Below are positions 1 through 12,039 of a stretch of 64,000 nucleotides of DNA, piece after piece. The stretch's first letter is position 1. Every line of letters begins with the position of its first letter. The notes under the pieces were generated by a model. The model did not search any database and was not told the origin of the DNA. It was given only the letters and a program-made list of their open reading frames with translations. Position numbers and translations under genes: made by a program. The stretch covers positions 1,518,676-1,582,675 of the forward strand of contig NW_003314303.1 of NCBI RefSeq assembly GCF_000143415.4, read 5' to 3'. The stretch comes from Selaginella moellendorffii. Its lineage: Eukaryota > Plantae > Lycopodiophyta.

Positions 1-158
1 ATCTAGGTAGTAATATATTAATGTAAACTTATTGTTTTATATATTCTAAGTAAAAAGCATAATTAAGTAATGTTTTACTAATAAAAATGAGTAATAATTA
101 TTTTTAGTGTGAGGTTTAGGTGTACGACTACGATGTCGTATACTAATATTAACATAGT

Positions 159-751
159 TGTAAGCAACCAAAGAAAACGACTCAAGAGACGCTCCATTGG
201 GTTCAAATATAAAGGGAAAGGGCTCATGAACAAGAGTGCACCCCTTTTTCCAATTGGTTAAGGGTTTTGGGATATTTGGGGTTAAGCATCCTTGGGTTTG
301 AATAGTATTGGACTAAGTGACCTCCTAAGAAGTCTAAACTCATGAGCTTACATTTGGTATTAAAGAGGTCTCAGGTTTGACTTTGTTGATTGGCTAGGGG
401 AATCACACCACATATTGATTGACATCTGGCAAGTCTAATTTGCTCCGGCTGGGGTTGACCTGAGGGGTAGGGTGTCAAGAGAGCAGGGCTCTCGAGAGAG
501 CTGTGGCTTTTAGCTTTCGTTTACAAGGGTGTGAACTTGCAAGGAAGTTTGGTGGATTGTAAGCAACTAAAGAAAATGACTTGAGAGATAATCCATCGGG
601 TTCAAATATAAAGGGAAAGGGCTCATGAACAAGAGTGCACCCCTTTTTCCAATCGGCTAAAGGTCTTGGGATATTTGAGGTTAAACGTCTTTGGGTTTGA
701 ATAGTACTGGGCTGGGTGACCTCCCGGGAAGTTCAAACTCAAGAGTTTACA
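159..751 (+). mobile_element. Cassandra-type TRIM with 5S rRNA-derived LTR segment
   Basis: 194-bp TG..CA LTRs at 159-352 and 558-751; perfect TSD ATAGT (154-158/752-756); tRNA-Met-like PBS TGGTAT after LTR1; 205-bp non-coding interior. The LTR carries GTTAAACGTCTTTGGGTTTGAATAGTACTGGGCTGGGTGACCTCCCGGGAAGT, matching the A-box to C-box region of plant 5S rRNA. Confidence 0.92.
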
Positions 752-3060
752 ATAGTGGGATTTTGGTAGCCGTCGAATTGGTTTTAATCTGGACCATTTA
801 CTCCTATATATAAGTTAGGGTTTTTTGGCTAATTGATATGCACATTTTCTGTATCCCCTTTCCATATTCCATGCACTCATATTAGTGGAGTTTAGGGGCA
901 CCTTTGATTGTCCCTAAGGAATGCCTGGATTTGGGATTTTGGTTTAGATCTAGCTTTTTCCATTTCTTTTCTTTTGTTCTTTCCTTTTAGGATTTTGGTT
1001 TAGATATAGTTTTTTGTATTGTCTAGATCTCCATTTCCTTCTAGTTTTTTGTCATTTCTCTTCTTTTGCTCTTTCCTTTTCATTCATCTTCATGGCAGAT
1101 CAGCAATCTCCTCCTTTAACTCTAGAGTAGCAGTTGGTACAATTGCTTGATGCTATGTGTAATTGAATAACCAAACTTAGTTGATGGTAATGTTCACGGC
1201 ATATAGTACAACTCCTCCTACTCTTGGTGCCAATCCTCATGTTTGGCCGGAGTTCTTTCACGGGAATCCTGGTGATAATGTGTACCATTGGTTTGATCAC
1301 TTCACGGTGATTGCCACATATCATTCTTGGGATGATGCTCAATGTTTACGTGAGTTTCCCACGTGTCTCCATAGGACAGCATTGTAGTGGTACAATGGTT
1401 TGAGAGTAGCCACTCGTGGGGATTAGAGTGTTCTCTTGGATGTCTTCAAATGCACATTCGGATATGCCAATGATTGTGATGATGCCTTCCAACAATTGCA
1501 TCGTCTTCGCCAAAGGCCATTTGAGTTGGTGATACAATTTAGCATTCATTTCCAAAGTTTTTTGCTTCATGCAAAACCAAATATGTCAAAGCGGATCAAG
1601 CTAGGAATGTTGTGGCTAGCACTTTGTTAAGATCTTGTCAAAGTTGGCTCCTATGACCCTTGACGATGCTCTTTGCTTAGCACAACGTTATGAAATATCA
1701 CCTCTTCCACTTTTTGCTACCCGTTTTTCAACTCCACTTCTTATGGGTGGTGGTCTTGTTCCAATGGAGGTTGATGTTGCTACTGCTCGAGTTCAAGGAC
1801 CAGGGCGAAGCCGTGGTCGTGGCTGTGATGTTCGTTGCTGAGCGTGTGATGAAGTTGGTCACACTTATTGGCGTTTTCGGCATTTTCCAAATTGGCAGCC
1901 ACCATTTCCTGGGTGGAGACCTTGTCTTGTTGGTGTTGTTGCAGTGGAAGGTCTGGACATTAAGATGCATCCGGGAAACAAGGAGTCATGCGAGTAATAG
2001 AGGGATCTTGCGTGAATAAGTCCATAACTGCTTCATCTTCCTTTCGGAAGCATCATCAAGGGGTTCACTCATCACCTGTTCATCTAGTGTTTACTTTCCA
2101 AGCTCATTTACATAACAAGTGGTTTTCTATTATTCTCTCCATGTTGGTTGATATAAGTTTGAGTTTATCTTCTATTACTCGACCCATTGCCATACGTTGC
2201 TGTTTACACTTGCATCGTGCGGTGAAGCCAATTTTCATTCTTTATGGCAACGGCCATACACATACATGTGCACGGGATGAGGCAGACCTAGTTGATCATT
2301 GTGGGTGGTCTTGAGTCAAACTTTTGACCTCATCTTTGGTATGGATTGGTTGCAGTGCAATCATGCCAAGTGTGACTTTGAGACTTCTTCCTTTTATTTT
2401 ATACTTCCTTATATTTCATTTATTCCTCTCACTTTAGTACCTCTTTATCCTTTTTCTTCTATGTACGCTTTTATTACTTTTGTCTCCCACTCCTTCCTCC
2501 TATGTATTTGTCTTGTTCTGCTCTTCCCTTTTCCGATCCTTTTGACAATCTTTGTGTTGCAACAGTTGACCGACTCATGAAGGAGTATTCTAATCTCTTT
2601 GAATTTGACCTATCATTTGGGGCTAAGATTGCCACATATCATCCTATTCCAACTAGGGATGTGCGTCCAATCAAGGTTCCTGTTCATCATCAATCACTCA
2701 AAGAGATCAAGACTTTATATGCAAACATCAAGGAGATGTTGAAGAAGGGTGTTATTCAAAAGTCGTGGAGTTCTTGGGCATGTGAACCTCATCTTGTGAC
2801 AAAACCTAATGGGAGTATTCGTTTCTGCATCAACTATTATCTATTAAATGAAGTGACAATTTTATATGTGTACCCACTTACTCACATTACCAATCCTTTG
2901 GATCGTCTGGGGGTGAAGTCATTGGTTCACCAAGCTAGATCTTGCTTTTAGGTACTAGCAAGTACCGATGGCTGAAAAAGATATTCCTAAAACTATTTTT
3001 CATACACTATTTGGTTTGTAAGAGTTTTTGGTAATGCCATTTGGTTTAAACAATGACACT

Positions 3061-3162
3061 CGGTGAGTGTTTGACAAGATCTTCCAGCCGGACATGGTCT
3101 CGTGCAGCACGCTCATACTCGGGTATGTCGAAAACGGGCAACCCGAGCTGGCGCTAGAACTC
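3061..3162 (+). pseudogene. Captured PPR-motif gene fragment inside the RT of element 1
   Basis: GC-rich insert translating to R*VFDKIFQPDMVSCSTLILGYVENGQPELALEL (PLS-class PPR motif); it splits RT between MPFGLNN and TTFQQMMD. Confidence 0.8.
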
Positions 3163-3547
3163 TCAAACAACTTTCCAACAGATGATGGACAAAGTTCTTT
3201 GCGATATGCCAGAGGTGACTGTTGACTTCATTGATGATGTCTTGATTCACTCGAAGAAGTGAGAGGAGCACATTTGTGATGTTTGTAAAGTGTTGAATCA
3301 GCTACAAGATGTTGGTTTAAAGCTGAAGTAATCAAAGTGCATGTTTGGGTCCAAAGACACGATTTATCTTGGGTACCATATTTTTTGTGAGGGTTTGCAA
3401 GTTGATTCTAACAAACTTATGGCTGTTCTAAAGTTCTCTACTCCAAAATGTGTGAATGATATGCAACGCTTCCTAGGCAAAGTGTAGTATCTCGGTCATT
3501 TTGTGGATCATGTTTTTGATTGCATTGCACCATTATGAGCACCTGTG

Positions 3548-3871
3548 AGGGGTTCCAAATGTATAGTAGGGATAGTGGTTGGAATGCATGTCTGACCACT
3601 TGAGACATTAGTTTGGCTCTTACTGGGTTGTGTCGCTCTTTGTTTTGTGTCCAGCTTGGGTCTAAGCCCAAGCTCCACGTTGCTCTAATCAGTGGGGTAT
3701 CTTCCTTCTCGCGTTAGGCCATCGGTATGCCAAAATTGTGCCAGACTCCGTCTGACACCATTTTGTATGTAGATGCTGGATATGGGGAGCTGGTGCTCAT
3801 GAGATTATACCGAACCCTCATTTTGTAGCACAATAGGCTTGGAGTTCGGCTCCAAATTCAAGTGCACTACA
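3548..3871 (+). mobile_element. Truncated LTR (3' third) of the family of element 14522-27385
   Basis: Colinear with 15120-15443 and 27063-27385, ending ..GCACTACA. It replaces the RNase H and early integrase of element 1. Confidence 0.85.
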
Positions 3872-3897
3872 TTTGCCGTCTCTTTGGTATGCATATG

Positions 3898-5652
3898 TGT
3901 GAGACACAAAATCCCTAGGCCCCAAAGTGGAGCCGGAAGGGTGCCACATAGTAGTGGCCGAAGCGAGAGCCAAACGAGCGTAACACGTTTGGACCAAAAG
4001 CTCCGACTTGAAAAGTCAAGAGCGGGAGTGGAACTCCCAACGAAGTGCTCGAGGAACGAGCACGAAGCAAGCAAAAGGCGAGGCTCCAAAAAGGGACCCA
4101 AAAGGACCAACACATGACACGTGGGAGTGTCCGAGATGGACTCGAGTTGGAGTCCGAAGTGGAGTCTGAGATGGACTCGAGTTGGAGTCTGAAGTGGAGT
4201 CCGAGATGGACCCGAGTTGGAGTCCAAAGTGGAGTCCGAGATGGACCCGAGTTGGAGTCCGAAGTGGAGTCCGAGATGGACCCGAGATGGAGTCCGAGAT
4301 GGAGTCCGAAGTGGAGTCCGAGGTGGACCCGAGATGGACCCGAGTTGGAGTCCGAAGTGGAGTCCGAGATGGACCCGAGATGGAGTCCGAGATGGAGTCC
4401 GAGGTGGACCCGAGATGGACCCGAAATGGAGTCCGAGATGGAGTCCGAGATGGACCCGAGATGGAGTCCGAGATGGAGTCCGAGATGGACCCGAGATGGA
4501 CCCGAGATGGAGTCCGAGATGGAGTCCGAGATGGAGTCCGAGATGGAGTCCGAAGTCGAGGCCGAGACCGAGCCCGAGCCCGAGTCCGAGTCCGAATCCG
4601 AGTCCGAGTCCGAGTCCGAGTCCGAGTCTGAGTCTGAGTCCGAGTCCGGAGCCTGAGAGGGTGAAAGCCCAAAGCGTTCGTCTCCCAGACCCTAGGGGGT
4701 TTGGTGAGCTCCAAAAGTATAGTAAGGGGGAGGACTGCAGTGGAGCCAATTTGGCCAGGAAAGGCCAGTTTGGCCCAGGAAGGCCGGACACAGTGTTGGG
4801 TGATGAGCTGCCCACTGGGAAGTCCAAGACTAGAGTGAACACGGACTGACAAGCGGGGTAGCTTAGTGAAGTGTTCAAGAGCCGGCTCTAGTTCCCCCGG
4901 GAGATCGACTGGCCAATGCTCCCAGTCCAAGTGTGGGTGGCACTACCTACTTGGATACCTGGTGTGGCTCAACGGAACCCGCTCTAAGCCCATGGCTAGA
5001 GCACCCAAGGGCAGAAGGCGAGGAGAGTACCCAGGTGGCTCGCGTAAGGCCACGGTGTTCCGAAATGTTGTCCCAAAGGCCCAGACTATGGAAAGGAAGA
5101 GGAGCAGTCCTCTGGGGTAGTGACCAAGGACACAGTCATACAGTGAGGAAGTCCTAGAGGATAGTGGGACTTAGTGGTCGGGCCGGTGGGCCTCGATCCA
5201 GTGGCAGTGTTGGCGAACACAGCCAAGGACAGAAACGGACTTGGTGGGGACCGGAACAAAGATATTGGGGAAGGCTATTCCCCATGTCTGTAGGCATCCT
5301 AAGGATGTTAAGGAGTGGATTTGGGATGATCACTCATGGATGGATGACCCAGTCTTTGAGAGACGGGATTGAAATGTAGGTGGTGTTAGACCACCAGTGT
5401 GACCGAGGTAAATGGGCATGGCCTTAGCGTAACGGGCCGATATGTCGGTGGTACCTTGGGGTGTCGATCATGGGATCGGACACGTGGAGCACTTGGACCA
5501 AGTGCTAAGGTTGAGTGGCATGGATGCCATTCTCGGGGCTAGCAAACCCCAAGTCCTGAGTTGGGCTTATGGAGGTTGTGAATGAGACTCCTCCAAGAGG
5601 TCGGAGGTGTGGTTAAGTGACTAAAGTAGAATGGAAAAATTAGTCGCTTACA
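3898..5652 (+). mobile_element. 1755-bp solo LTR inserted in the integrase of element 1
   Basis: TGTGAG..CTTACA termini with perfect TSD ATATG (3893-3897/5653-5657). The flanks rejoin into integrase sequence WYAYVTRV. Confidence 0.85.
4125..4648. repeat. Minisatellite array (12-bp GAGTCCGAGATG variants grading into 6-bp GAGTCC)
   Basis: Directly visible tandem units; they generate the repetitive ORFs seen in several frames. Confidence 0.95.
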
Positions 5653-7434
5653 ATATGTCACAAGGGTGTAGAGTTCTATTGGTGTTTCACCATATAAACT
5701 TCTATATAGTCATGATCCAATATTACCAACGAAGTTGGGTTTACTTTCGCAGTTGCTATGAACTGCTAATACTAAGTCGTAGGATCAGTATTTGATAAGC
5801 ATTCTTCCACTTGTCCCAACAGAGTTTGCCAAACACTTAGGCCATGTACAAGTGGGACAACAACGGCACTACAACTCTCATCATTGACCACTTGTAGTGT
5901 ACAAAGTGGATGACTTGGTGTTAGTCCATTTTCCCTATTTTACGATACATGGTTTATCTAAGGGGCTCCTTATTCAATGGAAAGGACTATATCAGGTGTT
6001 ACAGCAAGTTGGACTACAAGTTTATGAGGTTCAGCATGACGTCCAACAGGCCGATCCTCTAGAAATTATGCATGTGCAACGGTTAAAACGCTTCATACAA
6101 AGGGATAATGACAACTGAGACTACCTATAGATCCACTAATGCCTCCTCCTGATATTCCTCTAGATCTCGGCCCATCTACAAGAGAACCTTGATGGTCTTC
6201 CATTATTTTGAAAGGAGTGGGGTTCAAGGGTAAAGTTACGATGTTGTATATTAATATTAGCATAATGGGATTTTGGTAGCCGTTGAATTAATTTCAATCC
6301 GAACTACTCACTCCTCTATATAAGTTAGGGTTTTTGGGCTAATTGATATGCACATTTTTTGTATTCCCTTTCCATATTCCATGCACTCACATTAGTAATT
6401 ATTCTCTTTTGTTTGATAAAATCTTGATCCCAACTAAAATATAATTTACATATAACATATTATTAATAATAGAAATTTCATTTTTACTTTTTCTGGATTG
6501 GGTATTTTTCCAAATATATTCATATTTCCAAATAATAATTTTTATCTAATATTTTATTATGAATATGTATTCTTACTTATGCCTAAGAATATATTTTATT
6601 CTAAATATTTATATTATCAAGTTTACAAGAATTTATTTTTATATTCACCTAATTCTTCTTTCAAAGTGGAATGCAATATTTATTTTTGTCATACTATTCC
6701 AATTTAGTTTTTAATATAAAAACATATATTTTGCTAACTAGGCAGCATATGCTAGCAAGTGCTAGTAGCTTGATAAAGCTGCTATAGATATAAAGTATAA
6801 ATCAAATATAATGCTTTCTCAAGCAGGGAAGGAGGATGTAGCTAGAAGCTTAAGAACACTCAGATGCAAAATGCTGAAGAAAACCAGGAAAATGGTGCAG
6901 ATGAGAGTGCTTACCTTGAAGTTGTGGCTAATGCTTATTGAGTGATTAGTTGCACCTACAGTTTCAATTAGTTCAGGAGTAAAGGAATTTTTAAAAACAA
7001 CTCACAGTCAAGTATAGCACAAGTCAGATCTTTGAAAGAACAGTTGGATCAAAAGCCAGCAAAAGAGGTAAAGAAGCAAGCTAATTGATAAAGACTTTTG
7101 CCAAGGAGCAGAGAAGAAAAGCCAGAGAGGATAAAAAACGGTATGAGGTGATGATGAAGAAGACATCCATGGCAAGGTCTCAAATGGACTTAAGCAGCCA
7201 CGCCTACTTTGTGAGCAGCAAGCTGAGATGTCTCGACACGCTCACAACAATAGAATCCTTAAGCTTCACCTCCAACACCCCTCAATCGTCACCATTTACC
7301 ATAACCATAGAAGAAGATCATTAATTCTTTTCGAGCCACCATTTACAAGGAAGAAAAATTTCTCAAGAGAAAAGAATGACTGATCGAAAGAACTTTTCTG
7401 GATCATAACTTACACACACGAGAGAGAGCTCCAT

Positions 7435-9933
7435 TCAAATCCCTTGGAAATTCGGCCGTGCTAGAACCTCGTACTCCACCTCCGCCCCCTCCACAGCTTC
7501 GTCCACCGTCCTCAGCCCCTGGATCACGGAGAGATCAAAGCCATCCTTTGGCGGCGACACGAGCTTCTCGATCCCATACTTGGCACACACCACCATGAGC
7601 AGCGCAAGCGTCGTGAGCACCTGGAGCCTCTCGCCATCGCCGCGGACGTAGAAGAAGAGCAGCATGGCGACGAGGTAGAGGCAGAGCGAGAGCCTCATTA
7701 CTCGCAGCACCGTCCCCATGAGCTTGCCATCGTTGGCCGCGGCCGCGCCTCTCACCCGGTAGACGAAGAGGAAGTTGTACTTGTCCACCATGTAGCGGTA
7801 GCCGAAGTACAAGGCGCCGAACGGGATCATCACCGGAGCAAACGTCGAGTAGACGATCACCAGCGCGAAGATGGTGAGGTTGAAGGCGTAGTACTGCGCG
7901 TGGTCGAAGCGCTGGATCCCCCAGCGGAGATCCTTGACGAGCGGGTACACCGTTAAGTCCCGCCCCTGGAGGTCGAAGCCGTCGTTCATCGTCTCGGAGG
8001 CCTGCCGCGGAACCGTGTCGTCCTCCTCGCTGTGAGCTCCATTCTCGGGCAGCAGCGCTTCGTGCAAGCCGTTCTCGTCGTGGCCGGGGGATCCATTCTC
8101 CATGGCCGCCGTGCTCCGGCTCTTCCTCATCATGAACTTCCGCTTGATCCAGGGGATTGGGGCCAGCAAGTCGAACGAGACGCCGAGGAAGGAGCTCGTG
8201 ATCATGAACGCCAGAGCCGAGAGGCACGACGTCGCCAGGAACGTCGCGCTCATGAGCTGCTGGATGCTCTTGCAGTCCTGCTTGTCGATGTAGCACTGCC
8301 CGATGTGGAGGATCGCGGCTTCCAGTGTCGTCTCCACCAGTGCCTTGAGGAGGATGAGGTTGACGAGGAAGAAGCACACTGTCTTGACTAACACGGCCTG
8401 CTGCTCGCCCGAGACCGTGAGATGCGACTCAAACTTGGATAGGTGTGCCAGCACCGCGGGAACCAGTACGTACATGGTGACGAAGATGAGCACGTTCGGC
8501 AAGAACTGGAGGATGAAAGTGGAGAACCAGTTGGAGGAGCGAGCCCAGGCGAGCCAAACTTGCAAGTGCTCCATGGTATCTCGCCCGATGAAACGGCTGG
8601 CGTTGTGAATCGCGGTGATGGCTGCCAGTGGCGAGCTACAAAAGAAGAGCACCAGCAGCAGCAGGAGATTCACAGCAACCGTTCGCAAGCGTCTCTGGAG
8701 TGAGCTCCTGCCGAGGTGGTGCCAATAGATATCGCGAGGCGGAGGAGCCCTGCCAACTTTCCAGCACCCCCTCGAGAGCTGCGCCTCCACCATCGAAAAA
8801 CCTCCTACTAATCTATCGCTCCTGGTAGAATTCATCCTAGCGTCCTGTAGAGCCCTGCTCGCCGTGAATACGTCCTTGAAGACCACGAAAGCAATCCCAG
8901 CACCTGCGGCCATCCCATCCCTGTAAGCACCGAGAGAGCTCTCGAGCTCCTCGCGTCGAGCAGCCAGCCTCCTCAGCCTATCCTCGGGAGTCAAGCGGCA
9001 CAAAACTAATATACAGTTCCAGCACCTCGTCACCTCGTGCTTGATCCAAGACCACTTCTCCCGGAACCAAGACACCCTCCTGTGGCTCCTGCTGGACGAT
9101 GACAAATCCACGAAAAAATCCCTATCGTTGCCACTGAAAAAGTAATCATCCTCGTAGAACACTTGCTGTCGTGCGCGAGCCTGAGCCTCCGCTGCCACAA
9201 TCCTCTCCCTCGTCTTGAGCAGCTCGGACTTTAGCCGATAGAACGCGTCCAGATCGTGAGGGACGACAATGGAGTAGACTTTCCCTGGATACCGGTGCTC
9301 AAAGTAGTCCTCCAGCGGCCGCTTGTCCATGGCGAGAACCCGAGGAACTCCTCTCACCATCAGCGTGAAAATCGCCACCGAGTCGGCCGAGTCTCCATCG
9401 TGGAACTGCGTCGCCTGGAGATGCTTCTCCAGGCTACTCGTGCAAAGGTGGACGGCGGCGGTGAGAGCCACCATGAACACAGTGTGAGCCCACAGCCATG
9501 GCGATCCCTCCTTGACGTGAGCCACCGTCGCCTTTGCAAACTGGTCCTCGATTGGAACCGTGCCCCCATACAAATTCACGGGCAGGATGACCAGCAGTGC
9601 CACCACCGAGACGATCGCGAGCGTGACGAAAGTGTAGCCCTCCACCCACAGATACTGTGCCGAATTGGCGCCGCACAGCCTCGCGATCTGCTGGCTGGTC
9701 GTGTGCCACACCGCCAGGAGCTTCGTCACCAGCGATGCCGGCCCGGGGAGCTTGTGATCGCTCCTCACCTTGACGACGAGGAAGAGGATCACGCAGCACA
9801 CGGCGCCGATGATGGAGATGTTGCTCAGGTACTGGATATTTCCATACCATGCGTCCTGCTGTTTGGGGATGAGCCAATCGAAGGAATCGTTGCCCGGCGC
9901 CGGCGCTGCAGCTGGCGCCTCGAATCCAGCCAT
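7435..9933 (-). CDS. OSCA4.1: CSC1/OSCA (ERD4 family) mechanosensitive cation channel, OSCA4/GFS10-like, intronless
   Basis: 832-aa multi-TM ORF with WYGNIQYL..KVRSDH, APPPRDIYWHHLG and GYRYMVDKYNFLFVY motifs typical of the OSCA4 clade. Confidence 0.9.
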   Translation of the reverse strand: MAGFEAPAAAPAPGNDSFDWLIPKQQDAWYGNIQYLSNISIIGAVCCVILFLVVKVRSDHKLPGPASLVTKLLAVWHTTSQQIARLCGANSAQYLWVEGYTFVTLAIVSVVALLVILPVNLYGGTVPIEDQFAKATVAHVKEGSPWLWAHTVFMVALTAAVHLCTSSLEKHLQATQFHDGDSADSVAIFTLMVRGVPRVLAMDKRPLEDYFEHRYPGKVYSIVVPHDLDAFYRLKSELLKTRERIVAAEAQARARQQVFYEDDYFFSGNDRDFFVDLSSSSRSHRRVSWFREKWSWIKHEVTRCWNCILVLCRLTPEDRLRRLAARREELESSLGAYRDGMAAGAGIAFVVFKDVFTASRALQDARMNSTRSDRLVGGFSMVEAQLSRGCWKVGRAPPPRDIYWHHLGRSSLQRRLRTVAVNLLLLLVLFFCSSPLAAITAIHNASRFIGRDTMEHLQVWLAWARSSNWFSTFILQFLPNVLIFVTMYVLVPAVLAHLSKFESHLTVSGEQQAVLVKTVCFFLVNLILLKALVETTLEAAILHIGQCYIDKQDCKSIQQLMSATFLATSCLSALAFMITSSFLGVSFDLLAPIPWIKRKFMMRKSRSTAAMENGSPGHDENGLHEALLPENGAHSEEDDTVPRQASETMNDGFDLQGRDLTVYPLVKDLRWGIQRFDHAQYYAFNLTIFALVIVYSTFAPVMIPFGALYFGYRYMVDKYNFLFVYRVRGAAAANDGKLMGTVLRVMRLSLCLYLVAMLLFFYVRGDGERLQVLTTLALLMVVCAKYGIEKLVSPPKDGFDLSVIQGLRTVDEAVEGAEVEYEVLARPNFQGI

Positions 9934-10089
9934 GGATCGATGCTACTGTCGCTGTCGCTGCTGTGAATCATACCTCGAACGGAACTCCAGCTCCAAGAAC
10001 CCTAAAATCCCAAAGAACCAAGAACCCTAAAGTTCTATATAACAAAATAAACATATGCCAAAGGAATCTTTCCTGGAGTTTGAATGCTT

Positions 10090-12039
10090 CTAAGCTCCAA
10101 AGTACCAGATATCGTTGGAATCGAGGAACTCGAAGCCTCCCATGATGGGCTCGGGGCTGCCCAGCGCGAGATCGTATTCTCCAGCTGGGAATCCATAGTC
10201 GGAGTGGACTTCCTCCTCTCCGGGAGCTCCAAATTCATGGTGCTGCCCATCGTTTCTCTCCTCCTCCATCGCGAGCTCGTTGAGATAGAAGGGGTCCGCC
10301 AATCCTCCACTTTGCTGCCGCTCATGGTGGTGATCGTGACGATGGCGATCGCGCTCTTCTTCGGGCCTTGAGCCTTGATCTCCCTGCTCTCCAGGACGAT
10401 CTAGTTGCTCCTGCGGCTGTTCTAGGTGGTGGTGGTGACGATCTTGTCGCTGTTCTTGCTCGTTTAGATCCAGGCTGCGGCCCTGCTGCTGGAACACGCT
10501 AAAGTTCGATCCCATCGCAGCAGCTGGATAGCCCCAAGCTTCCACCACGAGAGGCGGCGTCGGCTGGAATAGTCCCTTGCCACCACCGCCTGGAGGAGCC
10601 GCCGCTACCGCCGCCACCATCGCCACCTGGTTGTAAGGAGCCACTCCCGATTGGATCAAACCATTTCCAGCCTCCGCCACTGGCCTGTAGCTGCAGCTTC
10701 CTTCGTGGTTGTTCCTCGAGTTGTAGTCCTTGAATGCGTTCCCCAGATCGTGGTGGAAGCACTGCTCGTAGCGGCACCGAAAGCTTCTCTCCTCCGGCTC
10801 TATACGCGGCTCGGCGATCGGTCTCTTCTCCCGAGATCTTCGTCCGGTTTCCACTCGTTGCTGTGGTGGATCCTCTTCCTCCTCGTCCATGGCACTAACT
10901 TCCGAGCTTCCGGGACGAACTGGTGGCGGCGGTGGCGGCGGTGGCGGCGGTGGCGGCGGTGGCGTCACACTAGCACTAGCGACCTTCTTCGCTTGCTTAG
11001 ACTTGTTCTTGTTCTTGGGCTGCTTAGAACTCGGTGGAGGAGCTGGATCGTCATCGCTGGAAGTAGTCCCCGCAGGCTGTGATCGAGCTCTGTCATTGCT
11101 AGAGCTGCTGCCTGAGTTGCAAACGTTGCTGACCTTGGTGGTGGTGGTGGTGGTGGCGGCGTTGGAAGTTGACGAGGACACCACCAGCGACTCCTCGTGA
11201 GCTAGCACCGCGATCCAAGTCGCGCTCTCCTTGGCAGTCATCTTGTCCTGGAGGCACTTGGAGCTCCTCACCAGCGTCCTGATCTTGGCGATGTCCGGCG
11301 ACAAGTGCTTGATCACCGCCAGCAGCACTCCAACCTTCCAGGCCTTCTTGAGATCGTGAGGCTTCTTATACGGCGGCGGCACGTCCTTGGCTCCTCTCAC
11401 CTGCGACCCAATCTCTGACCACCACTCCTCGTTCCCAGTCGGCCACCACGGCGGAGGAACCAGCTTCTCCAGCGGGTATTTCCTTTGCGGAGGATCGCAG
11501 TGCTGCATTAGAGCCGAGAGGAGCGATCCCAGCGTCGTGTCCTGGAGCTCCTGCAATGCCCTAGCCGTGCTCCAGTTCTTCCTCCTGGAAGAATCCCTGC
11601 CGCTGTCTTCGCCGGAGTTCTCAGCCTGGAACTTCCCAATCGCCACTGGCGCGTTCTTGTCGAATCTCACCTTGTCCTTCCACCACGCCCGGAGATTATC
11701 CGAGGAGCCACTCACGGGTTTGCCCTTCTCGGGGACGATCCCATAGACGAATCCCTGCGCGTGGCAAACCTCCACCATCTTGAGCATGTACTTGAGGATC
11801 CCATCCTGTGCTCGAGCCATCTTCTTGCGCCGCGCTTGCTCGGGCGATTGCTTCTGCTTGGCCCGATCCTTGCCGCCGCCGGCGCCCCTGGCCTTGAGCT
11901 GCTCCTTGGCGCGCTTGAGGCGGAGCTTGTCCATCCATATCCGCTTCTCCAGCTCGTCAATGTCCGTCTCGCCGCCATCGTCGTCCACGTCGTCGCCATC
12001 GCTCAGCTCCACCTCGTAATCCGCCACGTCCTCCTCCAT
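10090..12039 (-). CDS. EIL: EIN3/EIL ethylene-signalling transcription factor, intronless
   Basis: [92 protein letters not shown]. Confidence 0.97.
   Translation of the reverse strand: MEEDVADYEVELSDGDDVDDDGGETDIDELEKRIWMDKLRLKRAKEQLKARGAGGGKDRAKQKQSPEQARRKKMARAQDGILKYMLKMVEVCHAQGFVYGIVPEKGKPVSGSSDNLRAWWKDKVRFDKNAPVAIGKFQAENSGEDSGRDSSRRKNWSTARALQELQDTTLGSLLSALMQHCDPPQRKYPLEKLVPPPWWPTGNEEWWSEIGSQVRGAKDVPPPYKKPHDLKKAWKVGVLLAVIKHLSPDIAKIRTLVRSSKCLQDKMTAKESATWIAVLAHEESLVVSSSTSNAATTTTTTKVSNVCNSGSSSSNDRARSQPAGTTSSDDDPAPPPSSKQPKNKNKSKQAKKVASASVTPPPPPPPPPPPPPPVRPGSSEVSAMDEEEEDPPQQRVETGRRSREKRPIAEPRIEPEERSFRCRYEQCFHHDLGNAFKDYNSRNNHEGSCSYRPVAEAGNGLIQSGVAPYNQVAMVAAVAAAPPGGGGKGLFQPTPPLVVEAWGYPAAAMGSNFSVFQQQGRSLDLNEQEQRQDRHHHHLEQPQEQLDRPGEQGDQGSRPEEERDRHRHDHHHERQQSGGLADPFYLNELAMEEERNDGQHHEFGAPGEEEVHSDYGFPAGEYDLALGSPEPIMGGFEFLDSNDIWYFGA

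Larger units (their letters stand above)
108..6391 (+). mobile_element. Degenerate Ty3/gypsy LTR retrotransposon (element 1) with nested insertions
   Basis: 176-bp LTRs at 108-881 (interrupted by a Cassandra) and 6216-6391. Gag remnants ~1180-1700; GGGAAAC slippery heptamer 1973-1979; protease remnant (FDLIFGMDWL); RT remnants (KPNGSIRFCINY, MPFGL, FIDDVLI); integrase remnants (LPSLWYAY..SPYKLLY; ORF 5897-6118). Many stops and frameshifts. Confidence 0.85.

Noticed and set aside
680-732. 5S rRNA gene
   Set aside because: Only about 50 bp of diverged 5S sequence embedded in TRIM LTRs; not a full gene.
3805-4930. Long ORFs in several frames (SPRW, ESEM and GLHL repeats)
   Set aside because: Artefacts of a stop-free 6/12-bp minisatellite inside a solo LTR.
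6820-7324. Lys/Glu-rich partial ORFs
   Set aside because: Interrupted by stops with no recognisable domain; cannot be supported as a gene.
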